Origin: Octopus vulgaris
Lineage: Eukaryota
DNA: 64,000 nucleotides
NCBI GenBank assembly: GCA_951406725.2
Contig: OX597831.1
Location: forward strand, 39,990,001 to 40,054,000
Direction of reading: 5' to 3'
The translations under genes were made by a program, and so were the position numbers. The first letter of the stretch is position 1. Each line of letters begins with the position of its first letter. Below the pieces are notes generated by a model that did not search any database, had not been told where the DNA came from, and saw only the letters and a list, made by a program, of their open reading frames with translations. Shown here piece by piece: positions 50,851 to 64,000 of this stretch.

Positions 50851-51399
50851 ATGTTATGCAATGCTGAAATTTCTCTTGTTAAGGGAGCAATGTTGCCCCA
50901 TAAATCACACCTCTACGAAGCCATTCATGCCAAACAGGTTTTGGCAAAATACACAGAGCAATGAATAAATCGTAACCGCAATATTGCAGAACATTAAAAA
51001 TATAAAATGAAATAGAATAAAATAAAATTAACAACCACCGCCACCGATTTCACAGTAAAACTAATAACAACCACCACCAGTGAAATTGAAGATCTTTCGG
51101 CTCAGACAATAATTTAGGAGCATTAATAATGATTCAAATGCTTGGACAGGCTTGAAATGGAAAAGTGTAGCGTTTGTCAGGAGGGAGCCGGTACTTAAAC
51201 TAGTATGAAAGTATGAAAGTGGCAAGTCAGAAGTTAAATAATTTCATGGCTAATAAATTCCAGGATTTAAATGGAATTACCAGAGAGTTCCGTAGAGGAA
51301 GAGAAAAACTCAAATGAATTTACTCTTATTTGTAAATAAAAATCACTATGACGGTGGTGGCGGCAGTGGTGCTGATGCAGCAGCAAATAGTATTATTAA

Positions 51400-51839
51400 C
51401 CCTTTCATTACCAACCCGGCTGAAACCGGCTCTGGTTCTGTAGTACAAATGTCTTGTTTTCATAAGTTTCAAATTAAAATCTACCAAACCTTAGTCACTA
51501 TTTATGTTCCTAATACTAGTTGAATGATAACAAAGTTATTTTACTAAATTCTTTGTTATATTTAAAATTAATTGAAAGAAACACAGAGCACCTCAAAATA
51601 AATACAGTAACAAAAGAGTTAAAGTCACCATGATATTTTTAAATCACCTCTAGCCCTGTAGTACAAATGTCTTGTTTCCATTAGTTTTGAATTAAAATCT
51701 TCTACCAAACCTTAGTCACTATATATGTTCCTAAAACTAGTTGAATGATAGCTAAGTTATTTTACTAAATTCTTTGTTATATTTCAAATTAGTTGAAAGA
51801 AACACAGAGCATCTCAAAATAGATACAGTAATAAAAGGG
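51400..51839. mobile_element. piggyBac-type MITE family 2: full copy 51400-51618 plus a tandem partial copy. Relatives at ~7190-7430, 23215-23620, 40600-40744, 47697-48840
   Basis: TTAA-ccctttcattacc...gtaacaaaagag-TTAA; the second copy ends gtaataaaaggg-TTAA. Confidence 0.75.
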
Positions 51840-53548
51840 TTAAGGACAGTTAGGATACTTAGGAAAATTCTTGGCATCTAAAATTACTTGCTCTAGCTTG
51901 ATGTTTAGGAAACTTTCTTTTTTCCAGCACATTAGAATCTTGCGTGTATATGACTTGATAATAGTCCTTTCTACTATAGGCACAAGGTCTGAAATTTGGC
52001 TGGAGGGGTATAGTCGATTACATCAATCCCAGTGCTCAACTGGTACTTAATGTGTGGTAAGAAGCTTGCTTCCCAACCACATGACTCCAGGTTCAGTCCC
52101 ACTGCATGGCACTCTGGGCAAGTGTCTTCTACTATGCCCCTGGGCTGACCTAATCCTTGACAGTGTAATATATCGTCATCATTTAATATCCACTTCCATG
52201 CTGACATGGTTTGGATGGATTGACTGAAAGCTGGGGAACTGCACCAGGTTCTGATCTGATTTGGCAAGGTTTCTATGGCTGGATGCCCTTCCTAAAACCA
52301 ACCACTCCAAGAGTGTAGTGGATGTCTTTTTTTGTGGATATGAACCTCAACCTTGTTGTTTGTTTTATAAAACTTTATGTTCATACCTGAGGAATCTTCT
52401 CTCATCAGTGTTGCTGAAATAACAATGTAATATGATAAATTTTAAATTATTATATAATAATATTTCAGCAATTATATGCTTGTAAAGTGAAGATATATGG
52501 AGTTGGATGGCTTTGTGGTTAGGGTGCTGGATTCACAACCATAAGATTGTGGTTTCAATCCCTTAGCCAGGTGGTTCATTATGTTCTTGAGCAAAACACT
52601 TCATTTCATGTTGCTGCTGTCCACTCATCAGTAGAAATGAGTTTAGCCTGGAGAGGAGTGGGATCTGCCAGGCTTTCTTGCAGTGACCCGATGACCGGCC
52701 CACAAGGGGTTAAGGGACTTGTCATTGTCAAAGTGAGGATATAGTAGCCAAGAAACTTTTGAAATTTAGAGTTAATTACATTTTTGTTTCATTCCACATA
52801 TCAGTTCCCCATCAAGACAAGGGGACAAAATGCATACACATGTGCGTGCACTCATAAGGTTTTAGTCAGTTTAAGGCAATATTTGAAGACCCTTGGTCCC
52901 ACAACTTTATTCCCTTTTCCTTTCTTCTCTGTTCTTTTTCCATCTTGCAACCTCATAAGTGCTGGCAGCATGAATAAAAGTACCCAGTACACTCTGTAAA
53001 GTGGTTGGTGTTAGGAAGGCAATACTAGAAGACTCAAGGTGCCACGCGGTGGAATTGAACCTGAAACCATGTAATTGAGAAGCAAACTTCTTAACCACAC
53101 AGCCATGCTTCTGCCTGTATTAATTCATAAATATAATTAAATATCCCTGTACCACATATTGGATCAGATATTACAGCACTTAGGAAAACTGGGAGTGCTT
53201 GTATAAGCGGTTTCTGTTTGTAAACACACACACACGCACACCCAGACACACGCGTACACGTACACATACTGGTAACACTCAGTTGATGATAAAATACATG
53301 TTACACCATATTGATTAAATGTAGCCAAACATACATCGCAAAGTTTCATCAGATAAGCTGTCGCATAATTTTCGATCGCACTTGACAGAGAAGCAGAAGC
53401 AAACAAACAGCTCATTGTTAAATTGATAAAACGATGAATTAGGAATACGTGTGGAATACGTTTACACACACACACACACACAACATGCATGAATATTCAT
53501 GCACGTAAGTGCACGAGACTACATGCGTGTATGTATGTGTATATATAT

Positions 53549-53594
<46 letters not shown>

Positions 53595-53802
53595 TTTTAC
53601 TTTTTTACTTGTTTCAGTCATTTGGCTGTGGTCATGCTGGAGCACCACACCTTTAGTCAAGCAAATCGACCCCAGGACTTATTCTTTGTAAGCCTAGTAC
53701 TTATTCTATCGGTCTCTTTTGCTGAACTGCTAAGTTACGGGGGCATTAACACACCAGCATTGATTGTCAAGTGATGTTGGGGTGACAGACATATACACAC
53801 AC

Positions 53803-53848
<46 letters not shown>

Positions 53849-54164
53849 GACTTCTTTCAGTTTCAGTCTACCAAATTCACTCACAAGGCTTTGGTCGGCC
53901 CGAGGCTATAGTAGAAGACACTTGCCCAAGGTGCCATGCAGTGGGACTGAACCCAGAACCATGTGGTTGCCAAATGGCACAAGTCTACTTTATGTAAACT
54001 GTGTACATGTGTTAAAATTGTATAGAGCAGCAGTTCTCAATCCTGTCTCCCAGGGTTACGTATTGCCCTAGCTTTCAGTGCATATTTATGTAAGGTAGAT
54101 TTGCACCATTTGGCATCTTCCTTCAGCATGTGGCTTGGCCTTTTGTAAGACTCGCTTTTTGGCC

Positions 54165-54508
54165 TTATTGTGGTTTATCATCTTGAAAGAGTCCAGAAGC
54201 TGGCTACCCGCATGGTTCTTTGTCTCAAGCATTTGTCTTATGAAGAAAGGCTGAAGACGCTCAACCTTTATTCTCTAGAAAAACGACAACGCCGTGCTGA
54301 TCTCATTCTCGCTCACATCATAAGCGGAAAGTGTAACCTCTCGAAAGAGCTGTTCTTCACTCCTGCTCCAGAGTGTCGGCTGCGAGGTCACTCCAAAAAG
54401 CTCTATCTGCAACAATTTCATCTCAATCGAAGGAGAGGGGGCTTTCTCCGTCTGGGTTGCAGATCCGTGGAATAAGCTGCCGGACGAGATAGTGAAGATG
54501 CCGATGAC
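54165..54508 (+). mobile_element. CR1-clade LINE, ORF2 C-terminal fragment
   Basis: LERVQKLATRMV..LKHLSYEERLKTLNLYSLEKRQRRADLI...LRGHSKKL; WNKLP follows after a frameshift. Confidence 0.9.
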
Positions 54509-55599
54509 CAGAAACAGATGGCTAAAGGTGGGGGTAATGGATGGTTAGAGGTGAGGTATGGTAACAGATGGTTAAAGGAGCATGGAGGGTAACAGACAGT
54601 TAAAGGTGGGTTGGGAGTAAAAGATGGTTAAAGGTGGGGGTAATGGATGGTTAGAGGTGAGGTATGGTAACAGATGGTTAAAGGACCAGAAATGGCCTGA
54701 ACTCTTTGCATGAACACCCTCCCTCTAGCTGGCCAGAACTAGTATCTCACACCTACTCTGAAATGTCATTCAAAAAATAAACAATTACGTCTTTCAAATC
54801 TTGAAGCTACAAGATAATACCAGATTGATTTTTTTAAATGTGAGTAGATAGATGTAGATGTGGCTGTGTGGTAAGATGCTAGCTTCCCAACCACATGGTG
54901 CTGGGTTCAGTCCCACTGCATGGCACCTTGGGCAGGTGTCTTTTTGGGCCAACCAAAGCTTTTTGAGTGACTTTTGATAGAATGAAACTGAAAGAAGCCC
55001 ATAGTATATATATATATATATATACATATATATGTATATATTTAGATATATATATATGTATGTATTTGGGTTTGTCTGTGTTTGTCCCTTTATCACTGCT
55101 TGACGACGACTGGTGTTGGTGTGTTTATGTCCCCCATAACTTAGCAACTCAACAAAGAATAAGAGTACCAGGCTTTAGAAAAGAAGTCCTGGGGGATCAA
55201 TTTCTTCGATTTAAAAAAAAAAAACCATTCATTGATGTTTAGAGTCTTATTTTTCCTGCTTGCGTCTCCAAACCTACACATATTTGTGCGTGTGCGTGTG
55301 TGTGTCCCCAAGTGTGTGTTGCTCACACATGGTTTTATTTGTACAAAGAGCAGAATAGAAATCAGGACCCGGGTGTATATGTTTTTCTGTAATTTATCGA
55401 TAATGCCTCCCTTATCTGCTATCGTTTTTCAACGCCCTCTGGTATCTTCCATCACGCACCACTTGATATAGCTGCTCTACATCATTCCGCTGCTTTCTAA
55501 TCTATTCTTCTTCCTGAGCCTATCCCCCCCGTACCTCCCACCCCACCCCTCTCTGTACTGTTACTCCCCCTTCAACCACACTTCCACCCCCACCTTTGT

Positions 55600-56415
55600 T
55601 CATCACTTACTGTTTTCATCCCTACACCCACCTTTAACGATCTGTTACTACCAACCCCACCCGTCTTTAATCATCTGTTACCACCCACCTTTAACCATTC
55701 ATTATACCCACACACCTTTAACCATCTATTACCACCTACCCCACACACCTTTAATCATCTGTTACCACCCACCCCCACCTCTAACCATCTCTTACTCCCA
55801 ACCCACCTTTAACTGTCCATTACCCTCCATGCACCTTTAACCATCTGTTACCATACCTCACCTCTAACCATCCATTACCCCACCTTTAACCATTTGTTAC
55901 CATCCTCCCTCCTTTAACCATCTGTTACTCCCAACCCACCTTTAACTGTCCATTACCCTCCATGCTCCTTTAACCATCTGTTACCATACCTCACCTCTAA
56001 CCATCCATTATCCCTGCCTTTAACCATTTGTTACCATCCTCCCTCCTTTAACCATCTGTTACTCCCAACCCACCTTTAACTGTCCATTTCCCTCAATGCT
56101 CCTTTAACCATCTGTTACCATACCTCACCTCTAACCATCCATTACCATACCTCACCTCTAACCATCCATTACCCCACCTTTAACCATTTGTTACCATCCT
56201 CCCTCCTTTAACCATCTGTTACTCCCAACCCACCTTTAACTGTCCATTACCCTCCATGCTCCTTTAACCATCTGTTACCATACCTCACCTCTAACCATCC
56301 ATTACCCCACCTTTAACCATCTGTTACCATCCTCCCACCTTTAACTATCTGTTACTCCCAACCCACCTTTAACTGTCCATTACCCTCCACGCACCTTTAA
56401 CCATCTGTTACCCCC
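55600..56415. repeat. C-rich minisatellite with a ~134-bp higher-order unit made of five ~23-29-bp monomers
   Basis: Monomer core cctttaaccatctgttac; higher-order unit starts at 55911, 56045, 56205, 56338. Inverted copy at 54511-54685. Confidence 0.9.
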
Positions 56416-57383
56416 CCCCTCTATGAAAGTATCCACTCTCCTCGACCCACTATCCATTTCCTCTCTCATGCTACTCTCCTACTTAGAGCATTTGCTCTGG
56501 CACTCTATCACTACTTTGCTTTTTATTTCTTTCTCAACTATTATCGCCCACCCCTATATATAATGTTGGGTGTCCATGTATCTTCTCTGTAACAAGACAC
56601 TTATAATTGTCTCTGTATCATACTTCAGCCTTTCAACACCTGACATGAAGCCACCTGCTCCTTCCAAATACTCCCCATTCAGTTGTGGAAGCTTATTCCT
56701 TTACCTTTTTCCCCTGTTCTTCTTTGTCTTTCATGCTACTCAGCAACTCCCACTAGTGCTGGGTGGTGGCATGAAAAAAAGCACCCAGTACACTCTGTAG
56801 AGTGGATGGTGTTAGGATGGGCAATTAGCCATAGAAACTGTGCCAAAGCTGACATTTGAGCTTAGTGCAGCTTTGTAGCTTGCCGGAACCTGTCTAACCC
56901 AATCTATGCCATCATGGAATGGGAAAATTAAATGATGTTACGAAGTGACTCGGTGGCCAAGTATTGACCATGTAACAGGTTGTATTAGATTGTATGTTAG
57001 CAACAGCTCCCATGGGGGTCCTACATGTGTGAGTTGTGTCCACACATATATCTATTACAATTGTGTATGTGTGTGTGTAATATATGTATATATATATTTG
57101 TGTATGTGCGTTTATAACATATATATGTTTTTGTGTGTGTGTACTTATACAAAAATAGATACTTATTATTTAAATTTTTTTACCACAAGGGCAGCTTGGA
57201 GGAGGTGGTGATGAGTCAATTACATTACATTGACCCCGGTGTTCAACTGCTACTTATTTTACCAACCCTGAAACGATAGAAGGCATAGTCAACCTCGGCA
57301 GAACGTAGCGACAGGCGAAATACCACTCGGCATTTCATCCAGCATGCTAATGATTCTGCCAGCTCATTCTAATTTCTTTGATT

Positions 57384-57463
<80 letters not shown>

Positions 57464-57797
57464 CAAACATATATAATAATAACAATAATAGTGATAATAA
57501 GAATAATAATGTAGAAGAATTGGTGAAGTGATCTTGAAAAGGCGAAGTTCGTTAGTCTCTAGCATTAATGCAGGTTGTATAGAAAACACAGATGACTCGA
57601 TAATTGGTAAATAAAATTTGTTAATCAAGACATCAAATGCAGTATTGAGATAAGAGAGAAAATTCCAATAAGAAGAGAGGTGCTATACAGCTTCATTTCG
57701 GAACAAACATTCCTTATAATGTGATAATCAAGTCTGTAAATAAAAGGCGGCGGAAAATACGCGTGCATGTGCATCTGCGCACACACACACACATAGA

Positions 57798-57844
<47 letters not shown>

Positions 57845-58081
57845 ATACATGATGATGTATATACATATGCATATATATATGTATACATACGCATGCTTGT
57901 GTGTATCTATATATGTACATATATGTGTGTGAGTAGGAATCTGCATAAACATGCTCATATCCCCATGTCCAATACATGCACAGGCACACACGTGCATACA
58001 CACACCTCTCTACAGGGTCATATTTCCATACCACATCACAATAATATAATAATGAGCGTAGTGTTTTTATATATTTGTATA

Positions 58082-58135
<54 letters not shown>

Positions 58136-58951
58136 TTGTCCAGAATCAAACCGGATGTGGAGGAGGAGAAAAAATAGTAATTCAGTGAAGGAGAAGTAGT
58201 GAGAGTAATAGCCCCGACTGAGAGGGAGTGAGAGAAAGTAATAGCAATGGGAGAAATGAAGGGGTGATAGCTGTATAAGGAAGGAAGGGGTGAAAAAAAT
58301 CAACGTTTCATCTCTGTGTGAGTATATGTGTGTTTGTGTGTGCGTGTACAAGGAAAGTATGTGAATGTTTGTATGTGTGATGATTATTATGTGCCTTATT
58401 TTGTACCTTATTTATATATAAAATTCTACAATTAGCCATCATTATTGATGACACACGGTCAGCTAGTGTATTTTATAAACATTTATTATATTTCACAACA
58501 CCACTAATTACAGCTGTTTACCCCATTCGTATAGCAACAGACTACTCCTGTGTCTTGCATTTAGGCTGGAATTGGGGTGTATAACGTCGTTCTCCCTGCT
58601 GCTGAGTACTTACCCCAGCATGGGCTTGTGGGGGCAGGTCCTGCTGTTCCTCGGGGCTAGAGGTTGTGGGCCTCTGCTGTTTGAAAGCAGTTTGTTGTTT
58701 CTCTTTTTCTTGTAATTTCTGTTGTTTACGGAAGTCTCATTGGTGGTTCTGTTGCCTGTAATCTTATATACACTACAGAGATAAGTGTGTGTGTGTGTGT
58801 GTATGTCAGTGGGTGTAATGTGCTTCTTGGTGTATGTTTGTGTGTCTGAGTGCAAATGGTTTATATATGTGAATGTAAGTGTACATACACACACACACAC
58901 ATATATGCATGTGGGTATACATGTGTATGTGCTTATATATATATATATATA

Positions 58952-59366
58952 CTAGCAGTATTGCCCGGCGTTGCTCGGGTTTGTTTTCTTTTTGACCCTT
59001 TAGAATTGGAATTTTTGAAAAGTAAAAATTTTGCATTATGTAGCTTGTTATTCTCTTTAATTGAACATTTTTCTGGTTGCAATACACCAAAAAATGGCGA
59101 CACAGCAGTAAAAAAATCGTAAGAAAATCGTAAAAAATAGGGATTTTCATAGAAAAAAAGCACCTTTTTGATGTAAATAATATTTTTGGTGTTAACATGG
59201 TCCGATTTGAATTTTTTTTTCTATGGAAGGAAGAGCAAGCCTTCTTCTATCATACTCTCAATTTTGGTCAACTTGTGCCACAGGGTCTCGGAGGAGTTGG
59301 AGTTAGTTGTAGGCTACCAAACCTGCCATACACAGACAACTTCAGCTTTATATATATAGAGAGAGA
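58952..59366 (-). mobile_element. Non-autonomous Helitron (~410 bp)
   Basis: The minus strand starts TC(TC)nTATATATATAAA and ends with the hairpin cccgagcaacgccggg followed ~8 nt later by CTAG|T. No TSD. Confidence 0.8.
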
Positions 59367-59459
59367 TATGCACACACACACACACACATTAAATGACATT
59401 GTAACTCCCATTGATATATACATGTCTGATGTAAATGGCTCCATTTGCTGATGCTATTA

Positions 59460-59492
<33 letters not shown>

Positions 59493-59613
59493 TAGTCAAA
59501 TATTACTCACTAATGATATTATTGCATGATTTAATGATTGCCAACAGGTCTTTGCATACAGAATCATCTAAAGAAATATATATATATTACATAACTAATG
59601 AAAGTTTCAAAAA

Positions 59614-59655
<42 letters not shown>

Positions 59656-61080
59656 GTGTCTGTGTATGTATATATGTGTATGTATATAAGGCAGATAATA
59701 TGTAAGCAAAACATATATACAAATAGATAAAGCATGTATAATATTCTATATGTGTGTGTGTGTGTGTGTTTTGTGAAATTAGGGAGATGGAAATTGTGTA
59801 AAAAGCCTGTTGTGATTGGTCGGCACCTGCGATTCAAAGAGCCGAAGGGCCATCGAAAGACATGCTTATTACGAGCTAATGAGTCAGTGGGCGGCAGGGT
59901 GCGGTTTATGTTAGGGATATACTCAGGATAATAAAACTGATTAACAGTGGGTGTGTTTAAAATCAGTTGTGCGAAATCTCTCGTGGTGGTTGTGGCTTGT
60001 TGGTGCCTGTGTCTTTTATTCCAGGGAGTGAGAAAGAGAGAGAGAGAGAGAGAGAGACTAAAAGTAGTAGTTCTGTATGGTTTTTCTTGGAATGAGATGA
60101 TTGGCTGCAGCTGATGGGACATAAATGATTTGGCATGACTGAACTGGACTGGACTGGACATTCAGCCTGCTTTGGCAACAGTATGTTATTGCATGTGCAC
60201 ATGCATGTGCAGCTTGCTTCCCAACTGCATAGTTCTGGGTACAGTCCCACTGTGCGGCACCTTGGGCAAGTGTCTTCCACTATAACCTTTGGGCTGATCA
60301 AAGCCTTGTGAATGGATTTGGTAGATGGCAACTGGAAGAAGCCTGTCATATATATATGTATAGGTGTGTTTGTGTCTATCCTCCACTACTACTAACTGGT
60401 GTTGGTGTGTTTACATCCCTGTAACTTAGCAGTTTGGCAACAGAGACCGATAAAAAAAGAAATAAGGACTGGGGTTGATTCGTTCAACTAAAACTTGTTC
60501 AAGGTGGTGCCCCAGCATGGCCACAGTCTAGTGACTTAAACTAGTAAAAGATAAAAGATGACTGATATAAAAAATCTCATCATAAACAGAGAAATATGCT
60601 TACATGCATATATATATGTGTGTGTGTCTATATATGCATACATATATACATATATATATCGAGAATAACCAGCTGAAATTGCAAAGATAATCTGGAACTC
60701 GACTGAGGGTAGAAAACTCTGAATGATCCGTTCTTGTTTTCCTTGTATCGTCTATCTGGATATTTTGTTTTCCCTTTTTTTGTTTCACCTAATTGTCTGG
60801 ATGTTTTGCTTTCTTGTCCCATTTTTGTATTTTTTTTATATGCATATATATATATATATATATTCTTTATTGCCCATGGGGCTAAACATACAGGGGACCA
60901 ACAAGGGCAGACAAAGTCGATTACATCGATCCCACTGCATAACTGGTACTTATTTAATCAAACCCTAAAGAATGAAAGGCAAAGTCAACCTTGGTGGAAT
61001 TTGACCCCAGAATGTAATGGCAGACAAAATACTGCTAAACATTTTGCCTGGCATGCTATATATATATATATATATATATA

Positions 61081-61215
61081 TTAGGTTGTCCCAAAAGTTC
61101 GTAAACACTTGCGAAAATTGAATTTTTACTCACCAAGTACTAACAAAAACAACAAAAATTATTCCTCAAAATAAAGACCATTATTTTCCAAGACTTTCTA
61201 CGAACTTTTGGGACA

Positions 61216-61221
<6 letters not shown>
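61081..61221. mobile_element. Mariner-derived MITE (~140 bp) in (TA)n
   Basis: 21-bp perfect TIR aggttgtcccaaaagttcgta / tacgaacttttgggacaacct, similar to the TIR of the 10666 mariner. Confidence 0.85.
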
Positions 61222-61256
<35 letters not shown>

Positions 61257-61409
61257 TCATCATCATCATCGTCGTTTAACGTCCGTTCTCCATGCTAGCA
61301 TGGGTTGGACGGTTCGACCGGGTTCTGGGAAGCCAGAAGGCTGCACCAGGCTCCAGTCTAATCTGGCAATGTTTCTACAGCTGGATGCCCTTCCTAACGC
61401 CAACCACTC

Positions 61410-61461
<52 letters not shown>

Positions 61462-62328
61462 CACTCTTTGGAGTGGTTGGTGTTAGGAAGGGCATCTGGC
61501 CATAAAACTGATGCCAAAATTCTCAGAAGCATGGCACAGGCTGTTGCGTGGCCATCTCCTGTCAAATCATCCAGCCTCGACCAAAACTCTTCTTAAACAT
61601 TTATTACTCTCTGCATTCAATAATTTTTAAACGAAATATGTTTCTATATTTTATTATCCTCATCTATATTTTTATCTATACTCCATTATATTTATACATG
61701 TATATATTTATTTGTTCTTGTATAGCTTTAACATTCATATATATTTTTATATTTCTATAAGTCTATATTTTGAATGTATTAATATAAGTTTTAGACAGTT
61801 CTTTTTATTAAATCCGTATATATATATATATATACCAGTCGTAGTCTGCATGAACTGAACTTTTTCCTTGCATCTCCTGAATTTATATATATATATGCGC
61901 AATCACATATGTAGAAATGTGTGCATGTATATGTTGATGGGTGTATTTATGTGCAGTTATAATAAAAACAATTTTACATTAATCTGATAAATTTGTACTC
62001 TACACTTTTGTAGAGTACAAATTTATTATTCTTAAACCAGAATAGTGTTGACAGTGCCTTGGAAGTTTTGGCCTGTTAGGTGATAATGGCTTAACTGGCA
62101 GAAACTTTGAGGTTACTGTCAATAATATTTTTGTTTAAGAATAATAAATATGTTATAGGCGTAGGAGAGGCTGTGTGGTAAGTGGCTTGCTTACGACCTA
62201 CATGGTTCCGGGTTCAGTCCCGCTGCATGGCACCTTGGGCAAGTGTCTTCTACTATAGCCTCGGGCCAACCAAAGCCTTGTGAGTGGATTTGGTAAATGG
62301 AAACTGAAAGAAGCCCATCGTATGTATG

Positions 62329-62383
<55 letters not shown>

Positions 62384-63399
62384 GTATGTGTGTGTGTATA
62401 TGTTTGTGTGTCTGTTTGTACCCTCTCCATCGTGCTTGACAACCGATGCTGGTGTGTTTACATCCCCGTAACTTAGCAGTTCGGCAAAAGAGACAGATAG
62501 AATAAGTACTAGGCTTACAAAGAATAAGTCCTGGGGTCTACTAAAGGCAGTGCTCCAGCATGGCCGCAGTCAAATGACTGAAACAAGTAAAGGAGTATAT
62601 ATCCATTTTTCTTCACACAAATTCTTTACTCACAGCCTCCCTCTAAAATTCCAAAATTTCTCTCCTTCCCTCTCTCTCCCGCCTTCCCACCAACTCCGCT
62701 ATCACAAGTCCCTCTACATCAAAGTATTCCGACACATTCACAATTTTACCATTAATTCACTTCTGTCAACCAACATATCTGCTGTCTCTTGAAAGTCTGG
62801 AAACAAACAAGTTTTAAAAAAAACAAAAAAAAAAAAGACGACACAAAACAAAAAAAAAAGGAAACTTTTTTTTATTCTTTTCTTTTTACTTTTGGTAGTG
62901 CCAAGTCTCTTTTGTCAATTCTTTCTTGTAGCAAAAGACACCTTTCAGTTGTAAGGAGACAGTAAATATTCCAGTACTTTTGGAAGAGCAAATGACATTC
63001 TTATTTCATTTCGGTGCCACTTCAATTGATGGCTCACACCTTCGTCAGCAACTGACGGCATTTAAAGTAAAGTTGTGGAACAGGGTGGCAATCGAAGCAC
63101 GTCATACCTGCAAATTCAATTTCTGCTTCTTATTCATCTTATCTTCGCGTTCATCATTATGTGTTGCACTTCTTTCGTTGGTCTGTAATGTTTTATGCAA
63201 GCTGATACTATATACGTACATGTGTGTGTGTGCGCGTGTGTGTGTGTGTGTGAGTGTGTGCATGCATGTGTTTATATTCATATGCACATATATATATATA
63301 TGGGTGTGTGTGTGTTTATATATGTATGTGTATGCATTTATTTATCTACATCTATATGCACATAAGTATGCTTATGTAGATGTGTATATGTGTGAATGT

Positions 63400-63447
<48 letters not shown>

Positions 63448-63708
63448 GCATATTTGCTTTATGTAGGTATATGCAAGTATGTATATGTGTGTGAGTGTGC
63501 ATATATGGAGAGTTAGATGTATATGTTGGTGTATGCAGGTGTAAATGTATGTGTTTATGTGTGAGTATGTGTCATCAAGTGTATTGCCAGTGTATGTGTG
63601 ATTCTGCATTCTTGAATAAAATTAGAATTTGTGAGTGATTTATGTTCTGCTGCATAGCATTTTTAATAGTGTGTGTGTGTATACACATGCACATTAAGTC
63701 ATTTAAGG

Positions 63709-63751
<43 letters not shown>

Positions 63752-64000
63752 CTCAGGAGTGGCTGTGTGGTAAGTAGCTTGTTTATCAACCACATGGTTC
63801 TGGGTTCCGTCCTACTGCGTGACACCTTGGGCATGTATCTTCTACTATAGCCTCAGGCCAAGCAAAGCCTTGTGAGTGGATTAGACAGAAACGGAAAGCT
63901 GCATGTCATATATATATATGTATATGTGTGTGCGCGCTCGTGTGTATGTGTGTTCCCCCACCATTGCTTCACAACTGATGTTGGTGTGTTTACATCCTCG

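Noticed and set aside
55600-56415. Regularly spaced conserved motif superficially like a CRISPR array
   Set aside because: The intervening sequences are themselves repeated, the context is eukaryotic and there are no cas genes; it is a minisatellite.
57680-57730. FGTNIPY, resembling the next expected GH47 motif (FETNIRF)
   Set aside because: Lacks the catalytic Glu and the following GGLL; no matching splice structure.
62985-63052. Minus-strand CTGACGA...ggtg/cacc-GAAA...tcatt hammerhead-like arrangement
   Set aside because: The base of stem II is mismatched and stem I has only two G-U pairs; consistent with chance.
231-63609. Numerous ORFs rich in YI/CV/HT/LS dipeptides, plus recurring peptides such as [25 protein letters not shown] and LQHGRSQMTETSK
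   Set aside because: These are translations of (TA)n, (TG)n and (GATA)n microsatellites and of SINE A; there is no protein signal.

Overview
AT-rich, microsatellite-saturated eukaryotic genomic DNA, most likely a coleoid cephalopod (Octopus-like; inferred from the SINE repertoire and repeat texture, not from a database search). Only one host coding exon is recognisable: a 216-nt phase 0-0 exon (40086-40301, +) of a GH47 class I alpha-1,2-mannosidase (MAN1A-like). The window is therefore probably mostly giant intron. The rest is a dense mosaic of mobile elements: several SINE families (labelled A, B, C, E here; my labels), a TAA-associated non-coding element (D), decayed R4/Dong, CR1 and RTE LINE fragments, mariner remnants and MITEs, piggyBac- and hAT-type MITEs, Helitrons and minisatellites. 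Almost all ORFs in the supplied track are microsatellite or SINE artefacts. The most notable unexplained structure is a family of (TA)n-embedded non-coding repeats carrying minimal type I hammerhead-ribozyme motifs, resembling Penelope-like element LTRs or retrozymes. One copy forms a perfect, spacer-less 158-bp palindrome that encodes the ribozyme motif on both strands. Several chimeric retroposons, some TSD-bounded, also stand out. Repeat boundaries are hand-read and approximate unless a TSD or TIR is quoted.
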